Shown here piece after piece: positions 30,594-40,705 of a stretch of DNA of 64,000 bases. Made by a program: the position numbers and the translations under genes. The notes beneath the pieces were generated by a model that worked only from the letters and a program-made list of their open reading frames with translations, made no database searches and was not told the origin of the DNA. Origin of the DNA: Nitrospirota bacterium (GTDB lineage Bacteria; Nitrospirota; UBA9217); assembly GCA_963818475.1 (NCBI GenBank), contig CAWFSF010000006.1:832001-896000 (forward strand). The letters run 5' to 3'. Position 1 is the stretch's first letter; each line of letters starts with the position of its first letter.

Positions 30594-31205
30594 ATGAACA
30601 ATAAATTATGTTATCCGACATGCACCTTGGTTTTGGCTGTCCTGTTATTAGTGTCGCAGAGCGTCGCTCAAGATCGATTTCAATCCGATATTCCGGATGC
30701 AGTGTCAGCGCAACTGGAAGAAGCGAAATTGCTGCGCCAAAAAGGCCAGATCAATCCGGCCATAGAAAAACTGAACGCGATCATTGCGAGTTGTCCCGAT
30801 TATTATATGGCTTACTATAATTTAGCGTTGGCATATAGCACTGCCAGGGATTATCAAAAGGCGGTCGCCGCATTCAACAAAGCATTGGATATCCGGGACC
30901 GCAAGAAGGTCCCCGAAGCGACCATTTTCAACACTATGGGAGTAATGTATATGTACGCGGGCGATTACCCGAATGCCGAATTAATGCTGAAAAAGGCGGA
31001 GCAAAATGTGGATTTGCTTCCGGGAAAATCAAGAGGAAAATTATTTAACAACCTGGGAGTATATTATTTCAACGCTGGAAAATATCCTGAATCGGAAAAA
31101 TATTTTCGAATCGCATCGACTCGATATGCCAGTAAGTCTGCAAAAGACAACATAAAGATATTGGAAAAGATCAAGAGTGATGTTGCAGATATGAAGAAGA
31201 AATAA
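30594..31205 (+). CDS. Exported TPR protein
   Basis: Signal peptide; AYYNLA, FNTMG and FNNLG TPR units. Confidence 0.85.
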   Translation: MNNKLCYPTCTLVLAVLLLVSQSVAQDRFQSDIPDAVSAQLEEAKLLRQKGQINPAIEKLNAIIASCPDYYMAYYNLALAYSTARDYQKAVAAFNKALDIRDRKKVPEATIFNTMGVMYMYAGDYPNAELMLKKAEQNVDLLPGKSRGKLFNNLGVYYFNAGKYPESEKYFRIASTRYASKSAKDNIKILEKIKSDVADMKKK

Positions 31206-31327
31206 ACGGGATCATCGCAGGACTTAGGCAAGAAATAAGCAAACACGTGCTTGACCGCTCGAATCCGTTCCCCATAATAGGCGCGATTCGGGGGGCGACG
31301 CAATGGGTGCAACAAGGAGAGATTTTC

Positions 31328-32395
31328 ATGGAACCGGAAGCAGCGCGCAAAAAACACACCATACTTGTCGTGGATGATGACCACGATGTGCTTAGATCAC
31401 TTCGATTAGTGCTGACCACCTGTGAATACAAGGTCATCACGGCCTCCAATGCCGCAGCGGCGCTTGACATACTGCATAATCCGATGGCGGGCGTGGACGT
31501 CGTCCTCACGGACATCAGGATGCCCGGAATGGATGGTCTCGAATTGGCAGTTAAAATTCATCAACTTGACCGGGAGATCCCTGTTCTGGTCATGTCCGCC
31601 TACGCCGAGCTGACCGATGCCATCGACGCGATCCATCGAGGGGCCTTTGATTTCATCATCAAACCGCTCAATCCCGAGTATCTCATCCATTCCATCCGAA
31701 AGGCGGAGACCCTCCTCGACATGAGGACCCTGGAACGGAACTACAAGCAGGCGCTCCAGGAGGACGTCACCATAAAGACCAGGGAACTGCAGGACCTGAA
31801 CAGGGAGATCATCCACCGCCTGACCGTGGTCGCGGAATACCGGGACACGGACACGGGTCTGCACAACTCGCGGGTCGGGAGCTTCGCGGGAACGATCGCG
31901 GAAACGCTCGGGATGTCCGCTGAATTTGTCGAAACAATAACGCTTGCGAGCTCGCTTCATGATATCGGCAAGGTCGGGATCATGGACAGCATCCTTCTGA
32001 AACCCGCCGTCCTTGCGCCGGAGGAGTTCGAGATCATCAAAGGCCATACCACGCTCGGGGCAAAAATGCTCGCGGGCTCGTGTCATGCCGTTATCCGGAT
32101 GGCAGAGTCGATCGCCATGAATCATCATGAGCGGTGGGACGGCAAGGGATATCCGAATGGGCTCACGGGAGAGGAAATTCCGATCGAAGGCAGGATCGTC
32201 ATGCTCGCCGACCAGTACGACGCCCTGAGAAGCAAACGTCCCTACAAGCCGGAGTTCGATCATGAGAAGTCCTTCAGGATAATTGCGGCAGGCGATGGGA
32301 GGACCAGGCCGGAACATTTCGATCCCCGGGTGCTTCAGGCTTTCAAGGACACGCATGCCGAGTTTGAGGAGATTTATGCAAGTCCACAAGACTGA
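31328..32395 (+). CDS. Response regulator HD-GYP phosphodiesterase (RpfG-like)
   Basis: [45 protein letters not shown]. Confidence 0.92.
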   Translation: MEPEAARKKHTILVVDDDHDVLRSLRLVLTTCEYKVITASNAAAALDILHNPMAGVDVVLTDIRMPGMDGLELAVKIHQLDREIPVLVMSAYAELTDAIDAIHRGAFDFIIKPLNPEYLIHSIRKAETLLDMRTLERNYKQALQEDVTIKTRELQDLNREIIHRLTVVAEYRDTDTGLHNSRVGSFAGTIAETLGMSAEFVETITLASSLHDIGKVGIMDSILLKPAVLAPEEFEIIKGHTTLGAKMLAGSCHAVIRMAESIAMNHHERWDGKGYPNGLTGEEIPIEGRIVMLADQYDALRSKRPYKPEFDHEKSFRIIAAGDGRTRPEHFDPRVLQAFKDTHAEFEEIYASPQD

Positions 32396-32407
32396 GGAGA
32401 AGGGTAG

Positions 32408-32475
32408 TGAAGATTGAAGGGAGAAGTTTGAAGTTTGAAGGGGGAAGTTTGAAGGGGGAAGTTTGAAGTTTGAAA
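32408..32475 (+). repeat. Heptamer tandem array (GAAGTTT/GAAGGGG)
   Basis: About 9 degenerate 7-nt units upstream of the four-helix-bundle gene. Further arrays at 32853-32897 and 33434-33498; reverse-complement arrays at 32955-32975, 33520-33607, 33969-33995 and 35209-35240. Confidence 0.85.
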
Positions 32476-32495
32476 AAAATGAACAGAGATAGAAC

Positions 32496-32858
32496 ATGAA
32501 AAGTGATCTGCCGTTGCGGACTTTTGAGTTTGCGAAACAGATCGTGAACTTGTGCCTGCATTTGAACGGTTCACCGGGGGTGTCGCGCACACTGGCGAAC
32601 CAGCTTCTGCGCTCGGGGACCTCCATCGGGGCAAATGTTGAGGAAGGACAGGCTTCTCAGAGTGCGGCGGACTTCGTGAGCAAATACAGCATTGCCTGCA
32701 AGGAGGCCCGTGAAACGCATTACTGGCTCCGCTTGCTCTCGGCAACCGAACTGCTCGATGCCGCCCGGCTCAAGCCGCACGCTGATGAATGCAATGAACT
32801 CATCGCTATTCTCACCAGCATTATAATAAAGATGAGGCGGAAGAAGGAAAAAGGGTGA
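32496..32858 (+). CDS. Four helix bundle protein (23S rRNA IVP/Avd-like family)
   Basis: QLLRSGTSIGANVEE, DFVSKYSIACKEARETHYWL, ELIAILTS. Confidence 0.93.
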   Translation: MKSDLPLRTFEFAKQIVNLCLHLNGSPGVSRTLANQLLRSGTSIGANVEEGQASQSAADFVSKYSIACKEARETHYWLRLLSATELLDAARLKPHADECNELIAILTSIIIKMRRKKEKG

Positions 32859-33000
32859 AGTTTGAAGGGTGAAGTTTGAAGCGTGAAGGGTGAGGTTAAA
32901 CTTACAAAGTTGATTGACAAGTCAAACAGCTGAGCTCATAATCCGAAAGCAATTTGACTTCAAGCTTCAAACTTTAAAAAATGATCAGGAGGCAATCGCC

Positions 33001-33441
33001 ATGAATGGAGACACGCAGGCAGGTGGTGTAACGGTAACTGATAACATGATGGCTTCGATGCGCTCGATAAAACCGTGGACAAAACTTATGGCAATACTGG
33101 GGTTCGCAAGCGTCGGACTTATGGTTCTTTTCAGCGTTGTCTTTATGGTTTTTGCGAACACGTTCCCGCAGCAGAAAAACGCCCCTTCGCCCTACATAGG
33201 ATTTATGTACATCGTGTTTGCAATTCTGTACTTTTTCCCCGCTTTTTACCTGTACAAGTATTCTGCTTCAATTGGCGCTTTCCTCAAAAGCAATGGCTCA
33301 ATAGATCTGGAATCCGCCCTGTCATACCAGAAGTCATTCTGGAAATTCGTGGGCATCGCCGCCTTGGTCGGGATGATTCTAGGCGTTCTCGCAATCGCTG
33401 CCGCCGTCATCATACCGATCTTGACGAAGGCAAGAGTGTGA
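33001..33441 (+). CDS. DUF5362-like membrane protein
   Basis: KPWTKLMAILGF, YFFPAFYLYKYS, QKSFWKFVGI; AGGAGG RBS. Confidence 0.7.
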   Translation: MNGDTQAGGVTVTDNMMASMRSIKPWTKLMAILGFASVGLMVLFSVVFMVFANTFPQQKNAPSPYIGFMYIVFAILYFFPAFYLYKYSASIGAFLKSNGSIDLESALSYQKSFWKFVGIAALVGMILGVLAIAAAVIIPILTKARV

Positions 33442-33607
33442 AGTGTGAAGTGTGAAGTGTGAAAGGTGAAGGGTGAAGGTTGAAGCTTGAAGTGTGAAAT
33501 AGTTCGGTAAAGCAGTTGATTTCAAACTTCACTCTTCGAACTTCAAACTTGTAACGTTCTGGCGGAAGCCAATTGATTTCAAACTTCACCCTTCGAACTT
33601 CAAACTT
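33434..33607. repeat. Heptamer arrays in inverted orientation, (AGTGTGA)n and (CTTCAAA)n
   Basis: Forward units at 33434-33498; two near-identical 35-bp reverse blocks at 33516-33550 and 33573-33607. Confidence 0.8.
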
Positions 33608-33628
33608 CTAGTAAAGGGAGAGTACACG

Positions 33629-33943
33629 ATGAAAAAACTGGGCTTGGTTATCTTAATTTCTCTCCTGGTCGGCTGCTCTTCAGTGCCGGTCAAAATCCCC
33701 ACCGTTATGGAAAAACAATATGATGTTCTCGGCGAGGGCGAGGGTTCTGGTGTCGGGATCATGCTGTTCAATTTGATACCCATAGGCCAGAATGAGCGTC
33801 TGGAGCGGGCATACAATGAGGCTATTTTCAGTAAAAATGGCGACGCTTTGCTCAATCCGGTCATTTCAGAGCGCTGGTTCTGGGCCTATGTTCTGAATGG
33901 ATACGTAACAACGGTGAAGGGGACCGTGATCAAATATAAGTAG
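33629..33943 (+). CDS. Small lipoprotein
   Basis: MKK, hydrophobic stretch, LVGC lipobox; GDALLN...VKGTVIKYK. Confidence 0.8.
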   Translation: MKKLGLVILISLLVGCSSVPVKIPTVMEKQYDVLGEGEGSGVGIMLFNLIPIGQNERLERAYNEAIFSKNGDALLNPVISERWFWAYVLNGYVTTVKGTVIKYK

Positions 33944-33995
33944 TCCTACAAAAGCGGTCTGACGAGTCTTCAAACGTCACTTTTCAAACTTCTAA
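33848..33995 (+). repeat. 148-bp direct repeat, copy 1 (3' end of the lipoprotein gene)
   Basis: Near-identical to 35089-35236. Confidence 0.9.
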
Positions 33996-34123
33996 TCGTC
34001 GGTTCCCTGAGTCGGTTCCAAGGCGGGGCTACCGCATTCCTTCCCTTACCAAGGGGAGGTTAGGTGGGGTGATTTGAGGAGAAAGAGGTCCGATCTAATT
34101 CTGGTTGTCCGAGGGGGTATGCC

Positions 34124-34789
34124 ATGCTTAGGGAAGCTTTTGATTTAGTGAATGGGACGCCATGGCCGACGTTGGCGGTGCTTATTGGGTTCATCATGTT
34201 ATCTGTCGGCTTTGGTCTCCGGATCAGTGTTGTTTTTAATGTGGAACAATTGAACAAAACCTATGCAAAAATCATTGGAATCGCACTTCTTATGATCGGG
34301 CTTGCTCCTCACGCGACGAGTCTTTTTTCTGATAACCCTCAAACGCCTCTCACAACCGACCCCTGGCTCATCTATTATGTTTCTTCCATGCTGTTTTTCG
34401 TGGCGCTTTGTTTCTCCATACTGAAGTTTACCGTGACAGAGTCCCAAGCTCGTGCCATGAAAAGCGGTTTCCTGCTGGTCGGAGCACTGGTTTCGCTGGC
34501 TGTTCTGTGGCGGGTCGCCGCCGTTTATTTCTACATAAGTACGCCTGGTAATCACGATGCTCCTTTCGACCTCTATCAAAAGCACAGCTATTTCCCTTAC
34601 TTCGTCATCGTGGGTGCAGGCATCCTCGTGATTCTTTGGATCATACACAGGTTTACCCAAGCGGAATCAAACAACATGAACAGGGTGAGGCTCTACGAGT
34701 ATTTTGCATCCTTGACAGCATATTTGATCTTTTGCAGGTTTGCGTGGGAGCTGGCGGACTTACTAGCGAGAAAGCATATGCCACAGTAG
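34124..34789 (+). CDS. Hypothetical multi-pass membrane protein
   Basis: About 6 hydrophobic segments. Confidence 0.6.
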   Translation: MLREAFDLVNGTPWPTLAVLIGFIMLSVGFGLRISVVFNVEQLNKTYAKIIGIALLMIGLAPHATSLFSDNPQTPLTTDPWLIYYVSSMLFFVALCFSILKFTVTESQARAMKSGFLLVGALVSLAVLWRVAAVYFYISTPGNHDAPFDLYQKHSYFPYFVIVGAGILVILWIIHRFTQAESNNMNRVRLYEYFASLTAYLIFCRFAWELADLLARKHMPQ

Positions 34790-35053
34790 CGATAACGTGA
34801 CGGGATTCGTTGATGATCACGGCAAGAAGGCCAAGGAATTCGATGGAAAACAGCGCATGAAGGTGATGAACATCGATGACAGGAGTGATGCTGACCGAGC
34901 AGCAGAAAGAACAGCTGCTCCGGAACTGGAAGATTCCCGAACGGCAGGGTGGAAACGTCGGTTGTGCGGCCAGACATGGTTCGAGAGTAAGATTGGGGCA
35001 GGAGAGGTTGAGGGATCCCAATGGTCCCCGGCCTTGAGTGATGAACAGTAAGG

Positions 35054-35086
35054 TAGTTCGTCACGTATTAACGTCCCCTAAGTTGT
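35054..35086 (+). repeat. 33-bp exact direct repeat, copy 1
   Basis: TAGTTCGTCACGTATTAACGTCCCCTAAGTTGT, identical to 36037-36069. Confidence 0.9.
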
Positions 35087-35088
35087 TC

Positions 35089-35236
35089 TTGCTCAATCCC
35101 GTCATTTCAGAGCGCTGGTTCTGGGCCTACGTTCTGAATGGATACGTAACAACGGTGAAGGGAACCGTGATCAAATATAAGTAGTCCAACAAAAGTGGTC
35201 TGACGAGTCTTCAAACTTCACTTTTCAAACTTCTAA
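35089..35236 (+). repeat. 148-bp direct repeat, copy 2 (lipoprotein gene remnant)
   Basis: Near-identical to 33848-33995. Confidence 0.9.
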
Positions 35237-35285
35237 CTTCTATGTCGTCAAGACCCTAAGTGCCTCACAAAAGTTCTGTTGAAAG

Positions 35286-35333
35286 CACCTGTCATTTCTG
35301 ACAGGTGACAGCGAACAAAAAATCGTTTACAAT
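35286..35333 (+). promoter_or_regulatory. lux-box-like site 3 plus sigma70 promoter
   Basis: ACCTGTCATTTCTGACAGGT (35287-35306), GTGACA, 17 bp, TACAAT (35328-35333). Confidence 0.8.
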
Positions 35334-35523
35334 CCTGAAACAATTTGTCGAGGGCTGTTTAGTTAAGATCATAACGTAAGGTTTCGACAAGATAAAAAGG
35401 AAACACTTGCTTGTCAGGTCAAGTAAAAATAGACGTGGTAGGTATATGGGGACATTAGAGGGATGGAATGCATCAAACAACAAATGCATCACGTCCCGCG
35501 TCGGTCCCGTATGTGAGGGAACA

Positions 35524-35976
35524 ATGAAGTTAGGAGAGCTGATTCAGCAAGCACTCGACAAACAAGGTATTGCAACTCTTAAGGCGGCATCGAAAAAGGC
35601 AGGAGTATCAGCTGAGTGCTTGAGGATGTTTTTAGGCGCCGGTCATCTGCCGAAAGATAACACGCTCATAAAGATTGCGAAAAATCTGGGGCTGGACGAG
35701 AATTCAATCATACTCGCTGCCCACAGAGAAAGACTCTCGGGGGCCGGCGAGGATAATCTTCTTGTTCCCGTAGTCAGCGAGTACGAGAAAAAAAGGATAT
35801 GGCCGATTTCCGAGGAACAGTGGCAGTACCTCGAAAAAATTATGCGCCAGCCGGAAATTCAACTGATCAGAAAATACCGTCAGGTCTCGACGGAAGGCCA
35901 GGTTCAAATAAAAGGTTATGTCGATTTTATGTTCGTGTCGAACCGTAGCAAGCCACCGTCCGAGAGTGCTCCCTGA
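35524..35976 (+). CDS. XRE-like HTH transcriptional regulator
   Basis: MKLGELIQ...LKAASKKAGVS...LPKDNTLIKIAKNLGL; C-terminal LIRKYRQVSTEGQ..IKGYVDF. Confidence 0.7.
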   Translation: MKLGELIQQALDKQGIATLKAASKKAGVSAECLRMFLGAGHLPKDNTLIKIAKNLGLDENSIILAAHRERLSGAGEDNLLVPVVSEYEKKRIWPISEEQWQYLEKIMRQPEIQLIRKYRQVSTEGQVQIKGYVDFMFVSNRSKPPSESAP

Positions 35977-36036
35977 TCGCTCTTTGATAGTCTGTCGAGC
36001 CTGACCGGGGGGCGAGAGCATCTTAGGGTCACTAAA

Positions 36037-36069
36037 TAGTTCGTCACGTATTAACGTCCCCTAAGTTGT
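36037..36069 (+). repeat. 33-bp exact direct repeat, copy 2
   Basis: Identical to 35054-35086. Confidence 0.9.
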
Positions 36070-36095
36070 CGAGGCAGGTAGAATCATCAAGGTGA

Positions 36096-36146
36096 TGGGG
36101 ACAGGTCTTGAAATATAAGAAACTGCCATTTCAAGACGCGACCTCA
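36096..36146. repeat. REP-like palindrome
   Basis: TGGGGACAGGTCTTGAAAT...ATTTCAAGACGCGACCTCA. Confidence 0.6.
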
Positions 36147-36211
36147 AATGTTTCGAGAAAAGACAGAGAGCGAACCTGCTCCATTCCTGTAAATGAAGGT
36201 GAGAAAATATC

Positions 36212-36436
36212 ATGCATGCGATATTTGAAAAAGCAAATCAAGGCTTACACGTTATAATATTTTTCCTGGTGCTCATTGGCGTCCTGTCCATATCAGCGCG
36301 CTTGATCGTCAGGTACAAGCTGAAAAACAGCAGTAGATCCAGACGAGAGAAAAGGGTCTTTGAGGATTTAGCCGCGGTTGCAGTCGCCGGACTTCTCGGG
36401 ATCGTAATGCTGCAAACGCTTGGCAATATGAAATGA
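36212..36436 (+). CDS. Small two-TM hypothetical protein
   Basis: 74-aa ORF with two hydrophobic segments. Confidence 0.4.
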   Translation: MHAIFEKANQGLHVIIFFLVLIGVLSISARLIVRYKLKNSSRSRREKRVFEDLAAVAVAGLLGIVMLQTLGNMK

Positions 36437-36615
36437 ACGTCCTGGTAGATTCTGAATCAAGGCTGACATAAAAGTAGGCGTGGACCTATGAGGTTGGATA
36501 TGGTTCGAGAGCGCGATGAGGAAGGTGAAGACCGAGTAACGCAACGTAAGTAACAACGTTATATATCAATAAGCGAATAGACAAACCGATCAGTATAGCT
36601 GAAAGAAAATTATTT

Positions 36616-38292
36616 TATAAGCTAGCAAAAAGAGAAGCCTCCTGCTAAGAATAAGTTTATTCCGAAACTAAATTCTCGCACAGGAGGCCTCTCATGAATG
36701 ATTCAGATGGTATCAGGCTGCAGGAATTTTGTCAATTCAAGAAAGAGATTCGCGGTTCGACGCAGTATTTGGTCGTAGGACTTGATGTCGCCAAGGAACG
36801 GCATAATGCCTTCTTTGGCACCGCGACCGGTAGGACACTGCACAAAGGGATGTTCTTTGATAATACGTACGATGGTTTCCAAAAGCTCCTGATCCAAACG
36901 GACGCGCTCAAGGTGCAGCATGGCCTGCGCAAAGTAGTTTTCGGACTGGAACCCACGGCCAATTATCATAAACCCCTGGGAGAATATCTCATCAAGGGCG
37001 GACACTTGGTTGTTCTGGTATCTGCTGCAGCCACGTCAAAGAACCGTGAGCTTATGGATGGCCGATGGGATAAGCACGACACCAAAGATGCCGCGAATGT
37101 CGCCGACCTAATCTCCCTGGGAAAATGCCTGTACTACGACTGCCCGGGGGAGGATCTGCGGTCCTTGCGGGGGCTGTTGTCCTTAAAGAAACGGCTCAAA
37201 AAAGAGGAGCACGGTCTCCGGGTCCGCATCCGCAATCAGCTTCTGGCCCAGTACTTCCCGGAAATGGACCAGCACTTCGGTTCGGTAGCGAGTCTGAACG
37301 TGGTCCAGCGATGCATGGATCCCTCGCTTATCTCCCTTATGGAATACGACGAGTTCTGCCGGACGGTATCGCCCGGCAAGGTGAATATGGCGCAGCAGCG
37401 GCGGCTTACGCAGATATGGCGGGCTGCCAAGCAGTCCATTGGCTGCATCGTCGGAGAAGCGGTGTCCGTGGAAGCACAGATCATGGTGATGGGACTTCAC
37501 CAAGTCCGGGAGACGATCAAGACCGTTGAGGACAAAATCGAGGACATCTGCCTGAAGTTTCCGGAGTACTCGTTCCTTCTCATGATTCCCGGTTTCGGTC
37601 CGGATGTGTCTTCCAAGGTCCTGGCTGCCATCGGCGATCCCGAACGCTTTACGAACGGTAAGCAGGTCTTGAAGATGGCCGGATTCGATCTGTGCGCGAG
37701 CCGAAGCGGAAAAACGTCAAATAGCGCCACACCGGTCATCTCCAAGCATGGGAAATCCGATCTCCGCTACGCTCTGTATCAGGCGGCGATCATCAGTTCG
37801 CTCAACTATAAAGAGTTCATCGTCTACCACACGAATAAGATAAAGGGACGGGAGCGGGAAAAAGGGATTGGCACCAAGATGCGGGTGAAACTGGCAGCAA
37901 AACTGTTGATCATCGCTTGGACGCTCATGAAGAAAAAAGAAACATTCGACCCGAAATACCTCAGCCAGGGGGGTAGTAAGGCATAGGCCGGACTGAAAAT
38001 TGAATTTCGACGTAGAGAGCCCGGGACACAACGTTGAGGCGAATGACCTCGTGAGGGACAATACAGGGCCTCTCATAGAACTTGAGAATCTGGATAAGGG
38101 ATGCTTGGCGGCAACGGCACGCCGGATATTTATAACGCTTAGAGAGCAAGTTCGCTTTACGTGAGAAAGTCGTCGAAGAAAATGCTGATGTCCAAACAGG
38201 ACGCATAGGTGAAGTGCGTCTTCAAGAAAAACCGTCAGTTATCGTATTGGAATTTCAGCGAAAGCAAGTTGCACTTGACAAGGGGGCTATAG
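36616..38292 (+). mobile_element. IS110-family insertion sequence (ends approximate)
   Basis: Transposase; GCCTCCTG...CAGGAGGC stem over its RBS; about 300 bp non-coding 3' region ending TTGACA...CTATAGG. Confidence 0.65.
36694..37986 (+). CDS. IS110-family transposase/recombinase
   Basis: DEDD motifs VGLDVAK, GLEPTANY and KHDTKDA; IPGFG, RSGK, ISKHG..LRYALY. Confidence 0.95.
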   Translation: MNDSDGIRLQEFCQFKKEIRGSTQYLVVGLDVAKERHNAFFGTATGRTLHKGMFFDNTYDGFQKLLIQTDALKVQHGLRKVVFGLEPTANYHKPLGEYLIKGGHLVVLVSAAATSKNRELMDGRWDKHDTKDAANVADLISLGKCLYYDCPGEDLRSLRGLLSLKKRLKKEEHGLRVRIRNQLLAQYFPEMDQHFGSVASLNVVQRCMDPSLISLMEYDEFCRTVSPGKVNMAQQRRLTQIWRAAKQSIGCIVGEAVSVEAQIMVMGLHQVRETIKTVEDKIEDICLKFPEYSFLLMIPGFGPDVSSKVLAAIGDPERFTNGKQVLKMAGFDLCASRSGKTSNSATPVISKHGKSDLRYALYQAAIISSLNYKEFIVYHTNKIKGREREKGIGTKMRVKLAAKLLIIAWTLMKKKETFDPKYLSQGGSKA

Positions 38293-38299
38293 GATGTCC

Positions 38300-39254
38300 C
38301 CGAGTCGGTTCTGACTACTTAGTATTTGACGAAAAAAATATCGAACATGCGCGAAAACTAATTATTCCACGTGAAAGCAATATGGAGCTTGCCAAAAATA
38401 GGCTAAACAATTTTGCAAATCATACCGGCCTAAAAACGATTTCGGCAAATAATAATGTAAATGTTACTGAACTATTGAACAGATATTTTAGTTGTAGCCC
38501 GCCGTTCGCCGAATCTGGGCAAAAGAAAAATGAGTTTCCCGATGCTATCGCATTAATGACACTAGAAGACTGGGCAAAGCAAAAGAACGTAAAAATTATA
38601 GCTGTTTCTTTAGATAAAGATTGGCACGATTTCGGAAAAGCATCTGAATATATAGACGTTACATCTGATTTAGCTGAAGCAATATCCATCTTCCAGCCTC
38701 ACAATACTGCTTTTGCATTTTGTATCAAACTAGCGAGCGATTTGATGACAACAGCGGGCGAAAAAATACGAGACCCCTTAGAATCGTATTTACGAAATTA
38801 TGTGGAAAATATGGATGTTTATGCCGAAGGAAGTTCTGCGTACTATTTTGAATCTGATTATGTGGAAACAAAATATAATACCTTTGAATTTTTAGTTAAC
38901 CATGAAGACAAGGCACAACTACGGCCGGTACAAATACAGGAAAATACGATTGTTGTAGAGTCTGAACTTACAATAAAGGCAGAAGCATCATCTGATTTTA
39001 CTTTTTCAGTTCATGATTCAATCGATAATGATGATATGAAAATTGGCGATGCAGAGGCTACACGCGACTTCGAATTCGACTCAAAGGTACTTATTACCTT
39101 AACGGGCGATTTCGATAAAGGACTCGATTTTGTAAAGGTAATAGCATTCGAGGTTTTATCTTCGCCAAAGTATGTAGATTTTGGAGAAATCGGCCCTGAG
39201 TGGGGTTACCATGAATTAGGTTATAATGAACTAGGTTATAATGAGTCGCAGTAA
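38300..39254 (+). pseudogene. PIN-domain (DUF4935-like) protein lacking its N-terminus
   Basis: RYFSCSPPF...KKNEFPDAIAL...VSLDKDW motif present; the N-terminal xDT motif is absent and the ORF-track start (38214) lies in IS sequence; AT-rich. Confidence 0.7.
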
Positions 39255-39343
39255 GTGCTGCATATAGGTCGATTGTCATCAAATGAGATTTTACCGCCGT
39301 GCTCTCCGCAAGGTGTCGCAGCACGTCAAAAAAGGAGGATAGC

Positions 39344-40360
39344 TTGCACATATTCAATAAACCGAGGGTCTTCTTATCTCATTCAGCAAAGGACAAGACT
39401 TTTATCGAAAGGCTATCGACAGACCTCCATAAATGTCAAATTGAACCGTGGTTGGATACTGAGGAAATCAGGGATGGTAAGTCCTGGCTAAAAGTTATAT
39501 TTGAAGACGGTATCCCGACCTGTGACAGTATCATGGTCTATTTTACCGAGAATTCTATTAATTCGAAAATGGTTGGGAAAGAAATTGACTCATCGCTTAT
39601 CACTCAATTAAGTGATAGTGGTATCGGGATTATTCCGTATGTCCAAAAAGCCGAACTGAGAAAGAAATTAAGGGTTGATTTGCAAACGCTGCATTGCCGT
39701 GAGTGGAATGATGCAAACTACCAAGATCTATTGCCATCTGTAGTTGCAGAGATATGGCATAGTTATATGGAAAGAACTGTAAGTACGGCTGTAGCTCAGG
39801 AGAGAAATAGGCGATTGGAATTGGAACTTGAAATTATTAAGCAACAAGAAAGATACGAATCGTCACCATTTACACCTTCAGAAGAAGCAGATTATAAATA
39901 TATCTATGATTCCCTAGGCCAAACGATTGACATTTGCTTCGGTTTATATGTCAAACACAACTCTTCATCTCTTGAAAAGCGTAAAGACGTCTTCCAATTT
40001 ACCTATCTCGACCTAGTGTTACTCAGTTTACAAAATGGTCAGGTGTATTGTGATTGGGACGAAATTAGGTACAGCTTAATAGGAATATTAAAAGAGCACG
40101 GATATCCGGAAGCTACTGAAGAAGACAGCAGGTATATTAATTCTAAAGACAACATGGGAGCGACATTCGTAGTTAACATAAGAACAATTGGACTAACGAA
40201 GAGAGTGCAGGCGGATGATGGTTTTGGATACCTTAAGCCGCAAGATGAATATTCTGAAAAAGCATTCAGATTTAATTATTGGCTAGGTTTTAATAACAAA
40301 TTGAAGAAAGAACTCACCTTTAAATATACTAAAGGTGAAGAATTGAAAATGAAGTTCTAA
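39344..40360 (+). CDS. TIR-domain protein
   Basis: PRVFLSHSAKDK, PWLD..EI..G, SINSKMVGKE; GGAGG RBS before TTG 39344; AT-rich. Confidence 0.85.
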   Translation: MHIFNKPRVFLSHSAKDKTFIERLSTDLHKCQIEPWLDTEEIRDGKSWLKVIFEDGIPTCDSIMVYFTENSINSKMVGKEIDSSLITQLSDSGIGIIPYVQKAELRKKLRVDLQTLHCREWNDANYQDLLPSVVAEIWHSYMERTVSTAVAQERNRRLELELEIIKQQERYESSPFTPSEEADYKYIYDSLGQTIDICFGLYVKHNSSSLEKRKDVFQFTYLDLVLLSLQNGQVYCDWDEIRYSLIGILKEHGYPEATEEDSRYINSKDNMGATFVVNIRTIGLTKRVQADDGFGYLKPQDEYSEKAFRFNYWLGFNNKLKKELTFKYTKGEELKMKF

Positions 40361-40705
40361 GTGAACTTTTTTGTCGAAGAAAAGCAAAGTTAAAACAATA
40401 TTACCATAGTGTCTCAAAGTGTTTATCATTTGAAGGCACTCCAAATATACTAAAACTTAAAAAGGAAATGATGAAAACTCTTTTTGAAATTGAGAATTTT
40501 GGAACAATCGATACCGACAGGGGACTATTGGGGGACTATTGGGGTCAGACTTTAAAATTGACATTCTGGCTTTTCTCGGGGAGCTACGGAGATCTATATA
40601 GGGTCGGTCTGCTTTCTTACCATTCGGACTCTTTAGAAAATGGACTTTAATTGGGATGGATGCTTTGCACTCTGAATCCTCGCCCACCAGGAAAGGACCG
40701 CTGTC

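Noticed and set aside
33516-33607. Two 35-bp repeats with a 22-bp spacer as a mini CRISPR array
   Set aside because: Only two units, built from the local heptamer repeat, and no cas genes.
39204-39246. 15-nt tandem repeat encoding GY(H/N)EL at the PIN C-terminus
   Set aside because: Three short units, consistent with simple slippage; no evidence of function.
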